Source: Octopus bimaculoides
Lineage: Eukaryota
Length of the DNA: 48,815 bases
Reading direction: 5' to 3'
Assembly (NCBI RefSeq): GCF_001194135.2
Contig: NC_068988.1
Coordinates: 66,449,011-66,497,825, forward strand
Shown here: piece by piece, positions 11,379 through 21,922 of the stretch
How positions within the stretch are numbered: position 1 is the stretch's first letter
Layout of the letters: every line of letters begins with the position of its first letter
Position numbers and translations under genes: made by a program
Notes under the pieces: model-generated
Told to the model about the DNA's origin: nothing
The model's input: only the letters and a program-made list of their open reading frames with translations
The model's database searches: none

Positions 11379-12625
11379 CAGATGTTTCCGTCTTCTCAGG
11401 CCTCGTCATTGATGGATACATTTCAGCATAGCTTCGTAATTTCTAGTTGAACTGCCTTTAATTTTCACTTTTAAATAACAACATCCATCAACTAATGCCA
11501 CTGTATTAGAAATATTATGATTACTAACAGCTGCTTTTAAGCAATCAAATACTATAAAATAGTATTTGATTGCTTAAGAGATAGCAGCTGATAAGATTGC
11601 AGACTGCGTGTAATTTCATGAACAGCTGCCCAGCATTACCTAATATATTTTGTTGCTGTTATTGTTTTGTTCAGATCCATCCTGATCGAGCAGGCTTATG
11701 ACCAAAGACGTTATTGCTATGGCAGTCACGTTTTTTAGTTACTCATTGTAAAATTATTCATAGTGCCCATTTTTAGAACAGTATGGTGCATTTTAAAAAT
11801 ATTTGGCTATTATTTCTAGCAGAACGAGTGAGCACGAAGAAGTTCTTTCATTGGCTGGTTCAATATCTTAGGTTTACAAATATGGTAAACGAATAGTTTC
11901 TCATTTATGGAACTGAAGAAAAGATAATTTGCGAAGAACAAGTTTGCAATAAAAAAAAGCACGAATTAGGAGATACAATTGACATTTGAAGAGAAACAAA
12001 AACAAAATCGAGAATAGTTTAGCTGTAAGCTAGAATTTTCGAGAATTGTATTATCTGCTCATAAGAAATTAATAAGTAAAGTAACTTAACTGTGAATCTA
12101 GAAGATTGAAAAACAATTATATCATTCCGTGAATGCATTATTTACGTTCAAAGTGAATTGGATAGGGTTTCTTTCTCTATGAAAGTCAATGCAGAAGAGT
12201 TTAACGTTCTTAGCAGCTAATTTTCAAATTTTTGCGAGGAGAACTGAGTGCATAAAAAGATTATTTCAAAAGAATGCTGAGGGAGAAAATATATTTAATC
12301 AATAAGAAAAGTGCAAGAAAGAGAGCATCTAGAAATAGAAATATAGTGAATAGAAGGACAGGAATGTTTTTGCCGTTTGCAAGAAGTTGTTGGTTGTTGT
12401 TTTGTTGTTTGGCCTTGCGTCATCTCTGGTCGAGCAGACATTTTTTGTCAAAAATGTATTGATTTATTTAAAAAATTGTTTATAGACTTTAAAATTTTTT
12501 TCGATCATCTTAATCTCATCAAAGAGAACAATATGATTGAAAACTTATAAACTGTAAGTTATTGTTTAAATATATGTGAGCGTGTGTATGTATGCATGTA
12601 CATGTATGTGTACATATATAATAGG

Positions 12626-12634
<9 letters not shown>

Positions 12635-12702
<68 letters not shown>
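12635..12702. repeat. (GT)n microsatellite
   Basis: Seen directly. Confidence 0.95.
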
Positions 12703-12708
<6 letters not shown>

Positions 12709-12799
12709 GCATGTATGCATATCTAGTCTAGTGGTAGTGTGCCCTTGAGCAGGTTCTGTGCGAGTCAACTCCCTTCAACACTCTCTATAAAATCTTAGA

Positions 12800-13045
12800 A
12801 GGCCTGCACGTTCCTCCATGTCACTTTTAAATAGACTACCAGAACCTCAGCCATCCATGATTAGATTTGAGATGGATACTGGAGTACTTTCCTGTTGTCT
12901 GCCCCGGGCTGGTAGGACTTGAACTAGGAATGTTGTGAGCCAGAAGATATACAGTAAGCATCTCTGCTGACGCGTCAACAGCTGTGATACTCTCCCACTC
13001 ACTAGATCAGCAAGTACTTTACTCAATATCACAATACACCGCTCG
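12800..13045 (-). mobile_element. Possible old LINE ORF2 fragment (linker between endonuclease and RT)
   Basis: Minus frame reads SEWESITAVDASAEMLTVYLLAHNIPSS...GWLRFW*SI*K, resembling the W..I......A...T..L.....IP and FW..IK linker motifs of APE-type LINEs. Weak match. Confidence 0.3.
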
Positions 13046-13126
13046 TTCAGGGAATCTAACCCACAACCTAGCGATCGTGAGAGCAACCCCTAGTTTCTTG
13101 TTTATGCGCCTTTACGCATATATGTA

Positions 13127-13280
13127 TAGGCGTGACTTTGTTGCTCCCAACTACATGGTTCTGGGTTCAGTCCCACTGCGTGGTACCTTGGGCAAATGCC
13201 TCCTACTATAGCTTCGGGCCGACCAAAACCTTGTGAGTGGATTTCGTAGGCGGAAACTGAAAGAAGCCCTTCGTATATTA

Positions 13281-13356
<76 letters not shown>

Positions 13357-13566
13357 CTGTTTTTCCGATCCCCCATCTTTGCTTGACAACCGATGTTGGT
13401 GTGTTTGTGTCCCCGTAACTTAGCAGTTCGGCGAGAGATACCTATAGTATAAGTACTAGGCTTACAAAGAATAAGTCCTGAGAGCGAGTTCTTCGACTAA
13501 AAACCCTTTAAGGCAGCGCTTCAGTATGGTCGTAGTCAAATGACTGAAACAGGCAAAAGAATAAAT
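13127..13566 (+). mobile_element. SINE with internal (TA)n/(TG)n microsatellite
   Basis: Head ggttcagtcccactgcgtgg...gaaactgaaagaagccc, microsatellite at 13282-13354, tail gcttgacaaccgatg...gtcaaatgactgaaac; same layout as 26660, 44417 and 46441. Confidence 0.9.
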
Positions 13567-14904
13567 ACAGATGTATGTGTGTATGTGTAAAATAGCCATC
13601 TATCCGTTATGTGTAATGAATATACACTATCAAGGAGTCAATTTCTGCAGCATTTGTTCTGAGATAGTATAACTTATAGAATTGCTGTGTTAAATACGGT
13701 AAATATCAGAAAGTGACAATAGTTTACCTTAACAGCGGCTATAGGGAGCTCCAGAAGAATTTCGACCCTTTTGAACCTTTTCAATGTCACACGCAGCCAA
13801 CCACAGTCTCGGACCTAAATTCATCATCTCTAATCTAAGAAGTGAATAAAACATTCACCTATGTTACGAAAAGTTATCTAGCTAATTAAAAATTCAGTAT
13901 TCAGAACTGAGGCAGTATATAATTAAAATGTCATGTACGTAGCATAATTAATGCATACGCACAGTCGATAGACCAATATTTCTTTTGGAATTGTGCTAAA
14001 AAAAAAAACAATATATACCAAAGACAGAGAAATTTCGCTCCAGCAGCAACAGGCGAGAGCGCTAGATGCATTTCGTCGTATTTGAGCCTTTTCAATATTG
14101 CATACTCCCCATTTTAATATTTTGATATTATATGTTCGTTTTCGTGGGTTTCTTTTCTTTCTTTTCTTTTTTTAGTACATTGCAGCTTACCCGAACAATA
14201 ATATAGAAATACCGTTTCGAAAGCAAATTACATTATCAAACACTTAAGATGATGACGTATGTATATATGCATGAGTGCATGTAAGAATGCACTTATGTAT
14301 GCGTATACAGATAATTATATATGTATGTTTAAACTATTAAATTGTTAGAGGGTAAAATAACCTTTCTTTAAAATAACATAGATACAATGTCAATGTGTAC
14401 TTTGCCCTGTTTTACTCACATTCCATAATTATTTTTTTTAATGCTATACAAAAAAAAACCTTCAATTTAGATATTATCTAGTTCATTTTTTTTTTCACTT
14501 TTATGGGAAGTCTAGCATGAAATTGTAGTTGCTCCTAATATTTAAATCGCTTGTGATTTTCGTGTTTGTCTCCGCGTTGAAGAGGGTGATTCATTAAACT
14601 TCGAAGCAACAGAAAATCTTACGACGGAAAATGCAAACATTGGGTAAAATTATTTTTCAACAAAATGTAAACATCGAACACAAGTTATTGCGAACTAAAA
14701 TTATCGAATTTATAATTGATGAAAGATTAAATTAAATTTTGCCTAGTTCTCTTTAAAATGTGTTATCCTACAAGTTGATCTTTCGTAACAAAAACATACC
14801 TTGCATTTCTTTAGCTACATCCCTGAATAAAATGCACAGGGCATGTACAGAGTACATCATATTTCTATATGAAGTGAGCTATTTACTGTAGAATATAAAA
14901 TAGG

Positions 14905-15107
14905 TTTCAAATTTTGACATAAGGCCAGAAACTTCGAATAGGGGGTAAATCGATTACATCGACCAATGTTCAACCAATGTTCAACTGGTACTTATTTTAA
15001 TCAACCCTGAAAGAATGAAAAATAAAGTCGACCTCAGAACGTTACTACGGAAATGCCGCTAAACGTTTTTCCGGCGTGCTAACAATACTGCCAGCTCGCC
15101 ACCTTAC
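14905..15107 (-). mobile_element. tRNA-derived SINE (ggcggcgagctggcagaa family)
   Basis: ...aaagtcgacctcagaacgtt...cggcgtgctaacaatactgccagctcgccacctt is the reverse complement of the family head. Confidence 0.8.
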
Positions 15108-15150
15108 GGTAGAATATAATATTCAGGTATAAATTGCATGTCACTCTGTA

Positions 15151-15151
15151 G

Positions 15152-15224
<73 letters not shown>

Positions 15225-15262
15225 ATGTACATATATATATATGAGCATGTGTGTGTGTACAT

Positions 15263-15332
<70 letters not shown>

Positions 15333-15338
15333 CGATCA

Positions 15339-15392
<54 letters not shown>
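15151..15392. repeat. (CA)n and (GATA)n microsatellites
   Basis: Seen directly. Confidence 0.95.
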
Positions 15393-15444
15393 GAGAGGGA
15401 TGCACTTAATATGCGACAAGTTTTGATTACGTATGTTGCACTTA

Positions 15445-16710
15445 TTAGGTTGGCGAGAAAGTAATTTTGTTTTTCGCAAATAGATTGAGTTACGATTTTT
15501 TAAATGACTTTTGTCGATGTTTTGATTTTTTTCCTTTTAGCATTTGATAGCCGTTACTGTTGGCTTACTTTAGAAGCAAATTGCACGTAATTTTGTTTAC
15601 AGCTGTTAGTTCATTGTCAATTTTAACATGGAGTGCAAAAACAAACATTTTCTCCATATTTTGCTTTTTTATTTCCATAAAGGCGAAAAAGCTGCTGAGG
15701 CTCAGAAAGAGATATGTGAAGTTTATGGTGTTGATTGCTTAACAGAACGCACATGTCAGAAATGGTTTTAAAAATTCCGTTCTGGAGATTTTTCATTCAA
15801 AGTTGACCAACGTTCTGGTCGACTTACTGAAGTTGATGATGACCGCATCAAAGCCATAATTGGATTTGATTATCATATAACTGTGGGAGGGATTGCAGAG
15901 GGGTTAAATATATTACAGACATCAATTGAAAATCACTCGTTAAGAAGCTCGATATTTGAGTTTCACATAAATTGAAAGAGATTCACTTAACACAACGAAT
16001 CAATATTTGCGATATACATCTTAAATGCAATGAAATCGATCTTTCTTTTTAAATGAATCATCACTGGTGATGAAAAATAGATTGTCTACAATAACATCAA
16101 TCGAAAACAATCATGGCCTAAGCGTAATGAACCAGCACAAACCATATCGAAAGCTGAATTGCATTAAAAAATGGCCATGTTGTCAATTCGGTGGAATTAC
16201 AAAGGTGTTGTGTATTTTGAGCTGTTTCCAAGGAATCAAACGATCAATTCTGATGTTTACTGTCAACAACTAATGAAACTGGAGGAAGCAATCAAAGAAT
16301 AACGGCCAGAATTGGTAAATCGTAAAGGAATTGTGTTCCACCATGACAGCGCTAGACCACACACGTCTTTGTTAACTCGTGAAAAATTATTGGAGCTTGG
16401 CTGGGAAGTGATGTCACATCCACTATATAGCCCAGACCTTGTATCATCAGATTATCATTTATTTCGAAGTTTGCAAAATTTTTTGTATGGTAAAACTTTC
16501 CATAATAATAATGTCTTGGAATCGCACTTGCTTCAGTTTTTGGCTGATAAGGACCAAAAGTTCTGTAAGCGGGGAATCATGTTGCTATTTCGAGCAAAAG
16601 ATCATCAAACAAAATGGAAAAAAATATAATTGATTAAAGTTTATTTTTTGTAGGAAAAAAATTGACTTATTTCACACTAAAAAACCGTAATTACTTTCTT
16701 GTTAATCCAA
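15445..16710 (+). mobile_element. Full-length decayed mariner transposon (DD34D), mellifera-subfamily-like
   Basis: TA|ttaggttggcgagaaagtaattttgttttt at the left and aaaaccgtaattactttcttgttaatccaa|TA at the right: imperfect TIRs of about 30 bp, TA TSD, 1266 bp overall. Confidence 0.92.
15628..16633 (+). pseudogene. Mariner transposase pseudogene
   Basis: MECKNKHFLHILLF...EVYG...KFRSGDFS...RSGRLTEVDDD...LKEIHLTQRINICD...ITGDEK*IVYNN...VFHHDSARPHTSLLTREKLLELGWEVMSHPLYSPDLVSSDYHLFRSLQN. Exactly 34 residues separate the second and third catalytic D. Several stops and frameshifts. Confidence 0.92.
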
Positions 16711-17189
16711 TATATATTGCATCCATGAATTACATTTAAACTGTAGCATCATTAAATTAGCAAATACCTAAAGTGAAAATTACGTTTTAGTTTCGATTTC
16801 AATGTTTGTTATTTTTTTATAGACTTTTTTCTTTCTCCATTTTCATTTTCAATCTTGGATATATTTAACATCTTGAAGATAATTAACTTTAATATTAATG
16901 CTAAAATATTATAAAAATATAATTGAATTCACATTGAGAGTCTTAATATATTACATAATGGAATACATATTTTGACTATCAATAATTAACCAGCTCACGT
17001 GTAATAATAGTCCTTTTCGGTGGGGTGAATATAATTATGTAGACATATCTGTATATGTATATATATATGTGTGTGTGTGCCGGTGTGCGCGTGTATATAC
17101 ATATATATCCGTATACGTATTCATATGTATGTATGTATGTATCTATCTATCTATCCATCTATCTATCTATCTGTATATATGTATATATG

Positions 17190-17222
<33 letters not shown>

Positions 17223-17399
17223 TATGCATGTATGTACGTACGTGCGCGCGCGCGCGTGTAAAGCAAAAGTTTGAAAGTGTATTGGATGGTGTTTCAAAGC
17301 ATCGCGGACCCATTGCGTTGTCAAGTGAGGTAAATCAGTCTCTGATAATAGCTTGATTAATTCTGATATCTTTGAGTTGAGTGTCATTGAAATATCATA

Positions 17400-17945
17400 A
17401 GAAGCCTTCGTTATGATTCAAAACATCATAAAATGTCTAAAACTGAGGCGTTACGTTCCAAGATTTCTGCAATGCTTGAAAGGAGGTGATAATAATAAAC
17501 ATCAAGAGTTGAGTGAAAATAATGATTAAAGTTATGATTGAGCAAATGAATAAAATGTATTTGATCATTTCATCTATCAGCTGAAGTAACGTTTACAATA
17601 GTTGGAACTGTTAGCAGACATAATAGTGTTTATTCTGCAGCTGAAAATCAATTGAATATAACAACCAAGAAAGTATCGTTTCCGTGTGTTTATTGTGTGG
17701 GCAGAAATTGACTGTGGAGGCCTTATCGCACGTTTCTGTTTCTTTTTTTCTTTTTTAACGATCCAGCCAGTGGAAAATGTTTGTTAAATATACATAACTA
17801 TTTTCTCCTTTCTGAGTGAGCTTTTAACAGATGTCGGAAATTGACTTAGTCAAAATATCGCTGAAATGTGATTTGGTAATTGAGGACGAGAACTAAAGTG
17901 ACCAGTAAAGTTTTTGGGTCTTCTTGCTTTAGATTTATTTCTTTG
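17400..17945 (+). pseudogene. Highly decayed IS630-Tc1-mariner-superfamily transposase remnant
   Basis: Collinear fragments IIKCLKLRRYVPRFLQCLK, LSAEVTFTIVGTVSRHNSVYSAAEN (cf. SDEA.F.L.G.VNRHN..YW..EN), IVWAEI...GLI and *LSQNIAEM*FGN*G...*PVKFLGLLALDLFLW (cf. WL...FP.RWIG.G..WP.RSPDL.P.DFFLW). Confidence 0.6.
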
Positions 17946-18343
17946 GCTCAGCCTTAACAACACAGCTTACAATGACCATCGTAGCAACCTTTTTTTTTAG
18001 ATTTGTGAGAAAACAATCAACTCAGAAACATAGTATGTAATATTAAATTTTATAAGACATGATTGATTTTTTGCAAGCGAGAATAAAAATTTGATAGACT
18101 GGAAGCTTGTATTGCTGTGCCAGTGATAACCATTTAGAATATAAGCATCAATTTTATGTATATACATATAATCTGGAAAATAATTTTTCTTCGCCACTAT
18201 TAATAATTTTTTTTAAAGCTATAACAAATATTTTATTTTGCAAAGTAATTAAAAACACAGCCAGTGTATGTGCATCTATGTGTGTATGTATAATGTATGT
18301 ACACAAAAGTATACTCACACTCACGTACTCACACACACACACA

Positions 18344-18386
<43 letters not shown>

Positions 18387-18504
18387 GGTGTGCTTTAATT
18401 ACTTTACAAAATATATTATCTGCTCTAACTTTAAAAAATTACCAATACTTAAGTAAAATGTTTTATTTTCCAAATAGATGTTTATTCGTAAATCNNNNNN
18501 NNNN

Positions 18505-18549
<45 letters not shown>

Positions 18550-18817
18550 TCATATTTGATCATCATGTTTTTTTTTTATATAATTCTAATGTACTGAACC
18601 CAAAGTTGATTATTTCAAAATTACTCATTCTGTCGTTAGCTTGAAACATTACGATTTACGACTGTTCTGAGTATCCCGCATTACTGAAAATCTTAATGTA
18701 ATGTAATTGTGGCATTGAATATTTGCAGCACGTTTGAAACGTTGTAAGAAGAAAATAAATTAAATTTTCTTTATACTATTGATTTAAAAAGAGTCGTTTC
18801 TACCTCCTCTTCCACAA

Positions 18818-18855
<38 letters not shown>

Positions 18856-19529
18856 TGTGTGGATTTAATTCATAAGTCCTAGCATTTAAATGATAAAGAA
18901 AATTAAAATGCTAAAGTGACTTTTTAATCAATCTGTGTGTGTGTTTACACGCGTGTACATACGGAGATGTATAGCGCAGGAGAACAATTTTGAACATAAT
19001 TTCTGCTGAGTTTGCTTTTACCATTTATTTAGAATAACATCGACATGCTGATTTCAAAACTACACTCAGTCTTCTTCTATCACCTCAAATTTATTTTCTA
19101 CAACCTGCTCTCTGAATAAGCACAGTTGTATTGTTAGCCAGTAAGAAATACGGGTGGGTTGGTCAGCTGCTTTTATTATTTTGTTGAGAACACTGGGTAA
19201 CATTTTCGGAAAACATTTTTAATTGCCTTCCTTTTTTCTTTTTATAATTAGTCCTACCTAACTTGATGGTGTTGGGTTCAGAAATGTTCTATCATGTGAA
19301 GCGCGTGACGATTTTTGTGGCATTTTATCAAAAAAATGTCAATTTTGCCGTTAAATGCAATACTGAAATAAGAAACTAACAGAAACCGAATAGCAGTTTC
19401 TATTGCTTAACAAATATATTACGTGCTTAATTACACATCTTAGGATAGATATTTCTCTCTCAAACTGGAATTTCAGCTACTAAAGACGTTTCATTTTGCT
19501 GCTTTGCATGAATAACTTGCCTCAGTAAA

Positions 19530-20005
19530 GTCTCTTTGGAGAGACCAGCATTAGTCAGCCATCATACTTGTGCTCCACCTGCTTTGATACTTAATCTCAG
19601 TTGTCTTGATGTCTTGGTGGAATCTTTCTCCCTGCTCATCACTTACTGCACTATGATTTTAAAGAAAGTAGTCCAGATGATTGTACAGGAAGTGTACTTT
19701 TACACCCATGTCTCCAAAAACTGCTCATCCTGCAATAGCCACCTAATCTGTGGCTCGTCAGACGCACCAACCTTAATTTTCTCCTGACACGAAGCTGAAA
19801 ATGTTCTGCTTAAGTATTTGAAACAGTCACTGTCTCAATGTTTCAACACATATTTTACACAATATATGGTATGCCCATGCTTTGTCTTAGTCACCCAGTT
19901 TCATGGTAAAGTAAGATAAGCTTTCTTCACAAAATCTGTGATTTTGTTTCGCTGCTTGGGTAAAGTGTAACATTCACAAATATAGCAATAGACATTTATG
20001 AAGTA
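19530..20005 (-). pseudogene. Chapaev3-type transposase remnant in three fused segments
   Basis: NVYCYICECYTLPKQRNKITDFVKKAYLYFTMKLGD*DKAWAYHILCKICVETLRQ | DCFKYLSRTFSASCQEKIKVGASDEPQIRWLLQDEQF | MGVKVHFLYNHLDYF..SAVSDEQ(G)ERFHQDIKTTEIKYQSRWSTSMMAD*CWSLQRD. These match motifs I recall for Chapaev3 (CYICG, GDQDK.WAPH, GPQIR, SDE.GERFHQD, MADYCW). Confidence 0.85.
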
Positions 20006-20058
20006 ACAAATACAGATTTGAGATGGCAAAGTTCCGTAAAGAACATACATACCATGAA

Positions 20059-20237
20059 TATGGAGAATTCACAAAAAAAAAACAGACGAAGACAGGTGGT
20101 GTAGAAAATAGATAGATGTATTAGTATAACGCTCGGGAACTGAAAAAGTCTTTAATGTTTCGAGCCTACGCTCTTCAACAAAAAGGAACACAGAAAGAAA
20201 CAAGGAGAGAAAAAAATGTGTGTAATGGTCAGCGATC
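20059..20237 (-). mobile_element. 179-bp Penelope-like terminal fragment inserted in the Chapaev3 element, with 13-bp flanking direct repeat
   Basis: tacataccatgaa at 20046-20058 and 20238-20250. The insert is homologous, in opposite orientation, to 46250-46430 (gaagagcgtag(g/a)ctcgaaac...aaaga). Confidence 0.7.
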
Positions 20238-21606
20238 TACATACCATGAAGTTCTTTCTATAGTTCTTTGATTATGCTTGACAAAGAGTGATAAAAAGTG
20301 ACGTCACATTCAAAATACAAATTTTCATACGAAACAGTTCAAGGTTCAATAAATCATGTCTCATCTGGTTTACAATGATAGTCACACTAAACCAAGCAAT
20401 GCGTGGGCACATCTGTAGTTCCAGAAATATGAGACATGTATGATGTCAAGGACCACAGAAATGTGTTGTTTGTTAAACATCTAATTGTATAAAGGACATT
20501 TCTGTCATCATCATGAAATTTAAAGCGGGTTAGATTGAAAATAGTGAAAGTTGCTCATGTCTGATGCTTTTTATTTACTGATGATGCTTAAATCATATAT
20601 TTTATTTTCACTTTTGTTGTTTCATTTACTTTAAATGATATTGAAAATCTGTTTTTAAAAACTATGTGAAGTTTTCATACATGTGCCTACATTTGATGGA
20701 GCCAAATCTATCATTAGAAGTAGTGAAAATATTAGAAATTCTGACAAATGGACTTATGGCTCTTGACTTGATACAACAAAATGGATCTTATTTTTTAAAA
20801 ATCAGCATCCATAATTACTAGGAAACATGTCTCTAACACCAGACAACGAAAAACATGTTCCCTAGTGTAATTAAGGAGAAAATGAACATAAGATAAGGTG
20901 GTAACAACTTATTAAAAACTGAGGCATATTATAAAGGATTTTGAATTAACATCTAATTAATTTATCAAAAACATCTATGTCTTTTTTGTTCAACTTCTCC
21001 TATCACGGCTAGAATTATCAAGTTGTAAGAAAGATTACATGGTCGAAAAAAATGCTGAAATTTTGTGTCCTGTGAAGGGAAACATTTACTTCTTACATAT
21101 TTCTTTGGTTGTGTATAGACCCAAATCCACAGCATTTACTGTCAACATGGGCGTCATGGTTCTGTGGTTAATACATGCGACTCGTAATCACGTTGTTTTA
21201 AATTCAATATTACTGCATGGTACCTTGAGTTAGTCTCTAATTACATCTCAGGGTCGAACAAAAAACTTTTGACAAAATTATGGAGACAAAAACTATGTGA
21301 GGCCTCGTAGGATGATCTTTTTCTGTTCTTATATGATAGAGTCAATCTATCTCTGGGTTTATTACCCCAAATCCTGTTCCTTGGATGCTTCCAGAGGAAC
21401 ACTTCTTGCAAACATTTTGTTCAAATATCTGGTGGCAGTATTCTCTATTTTTCCCACTAGTTTTAAAGGTCTTGAAAAGTATTTTAATCGCTGCTTTCTT
21501 TCTCCGATTTGGCCATAATGACGCTGATTAAAACGATCCCTATACGTAACTTATGTATTCGTTTTAATTCAATTTTAAATTCAATTAATTCACTTCCTTT
21601 TTTCAG

Positions 21607-21711
21607 ATGAAAGATTTATCCAGCGACTACATTGTTCGGTTTATTGGAAGCTGTATCGACCCACCAAATATGTGTTTATTAACAGAATATTGTCCCAAGG
21701 GAAGTTTACAG
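21607..21711 (+). CDS. Internal coding exon of a receptor (membrane) guanylyl cyclase, NPR1/NPR2 (natriuretic peptide receptor)-like, kinase-homology domain
   Basis: Polypyrimidine acceptor cttccttttttcag|, 105 nt phase 0-0, [35 protein letters not shown], donor |gtaacg. Closely resembles the vertebrate NPR1 segment recalled as [35 protein letters not shown]. Exact orthologue not determinable. Confidence 0.93.
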
Positions 21712-21922
21712 GTAACGTAAATATATTTCTTGTAGCTTATAATTTTTAATTTATAATGTTTGAAAAAGATTAGATTACTCAGTGATGTTGGATTTCTTGC
21801 CGACTCGGCTCTGAATTCTTCTCTGAATAATTTCAGCATTTTACGTCGACAAATATACATTACTGTACATTTTCTTCGCGATTCTATAGTGAAGTTAATG
21901 CTTTGTTGATGAGGTTATAATA

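Larger units (their letters stand above)
18975..20867 (-). mobile_element. Internally deleted Chapaev3-like (CMC superfamily) DNA transposon
   Basis: 5' end on the minus strand CACTAGGGAACATG at 20867, with a 14-bp subterminal inverted repeat at 20817-20866. Subterminal atgctgattt..aaaa..tatca..tcaa is shared with 19045-19090. The left boundary is approximate. Encloses diagnostic transposase fragments. Confidence 0.8.

Noticed and set aside
14575-14645. Possible + strand exon (EGDSLNFEATENLTTENANIG) with a gtaaaa donor
   Set aside because: No convincing acceptor and no resemblance to guanylyl cyclase domains.
14816-14875. AG/GT-bounded 60-nt segment (TSLNKMHRACTEYIIFLYE)
   Set aside because: Splice-like sites are common in AT-rich DNA; peptide not recognisable.
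19536-19787. + strand 83-aa ORF in the track
   Set aside because: Antisense shadow of the Chapaev3-like transposase remnant.
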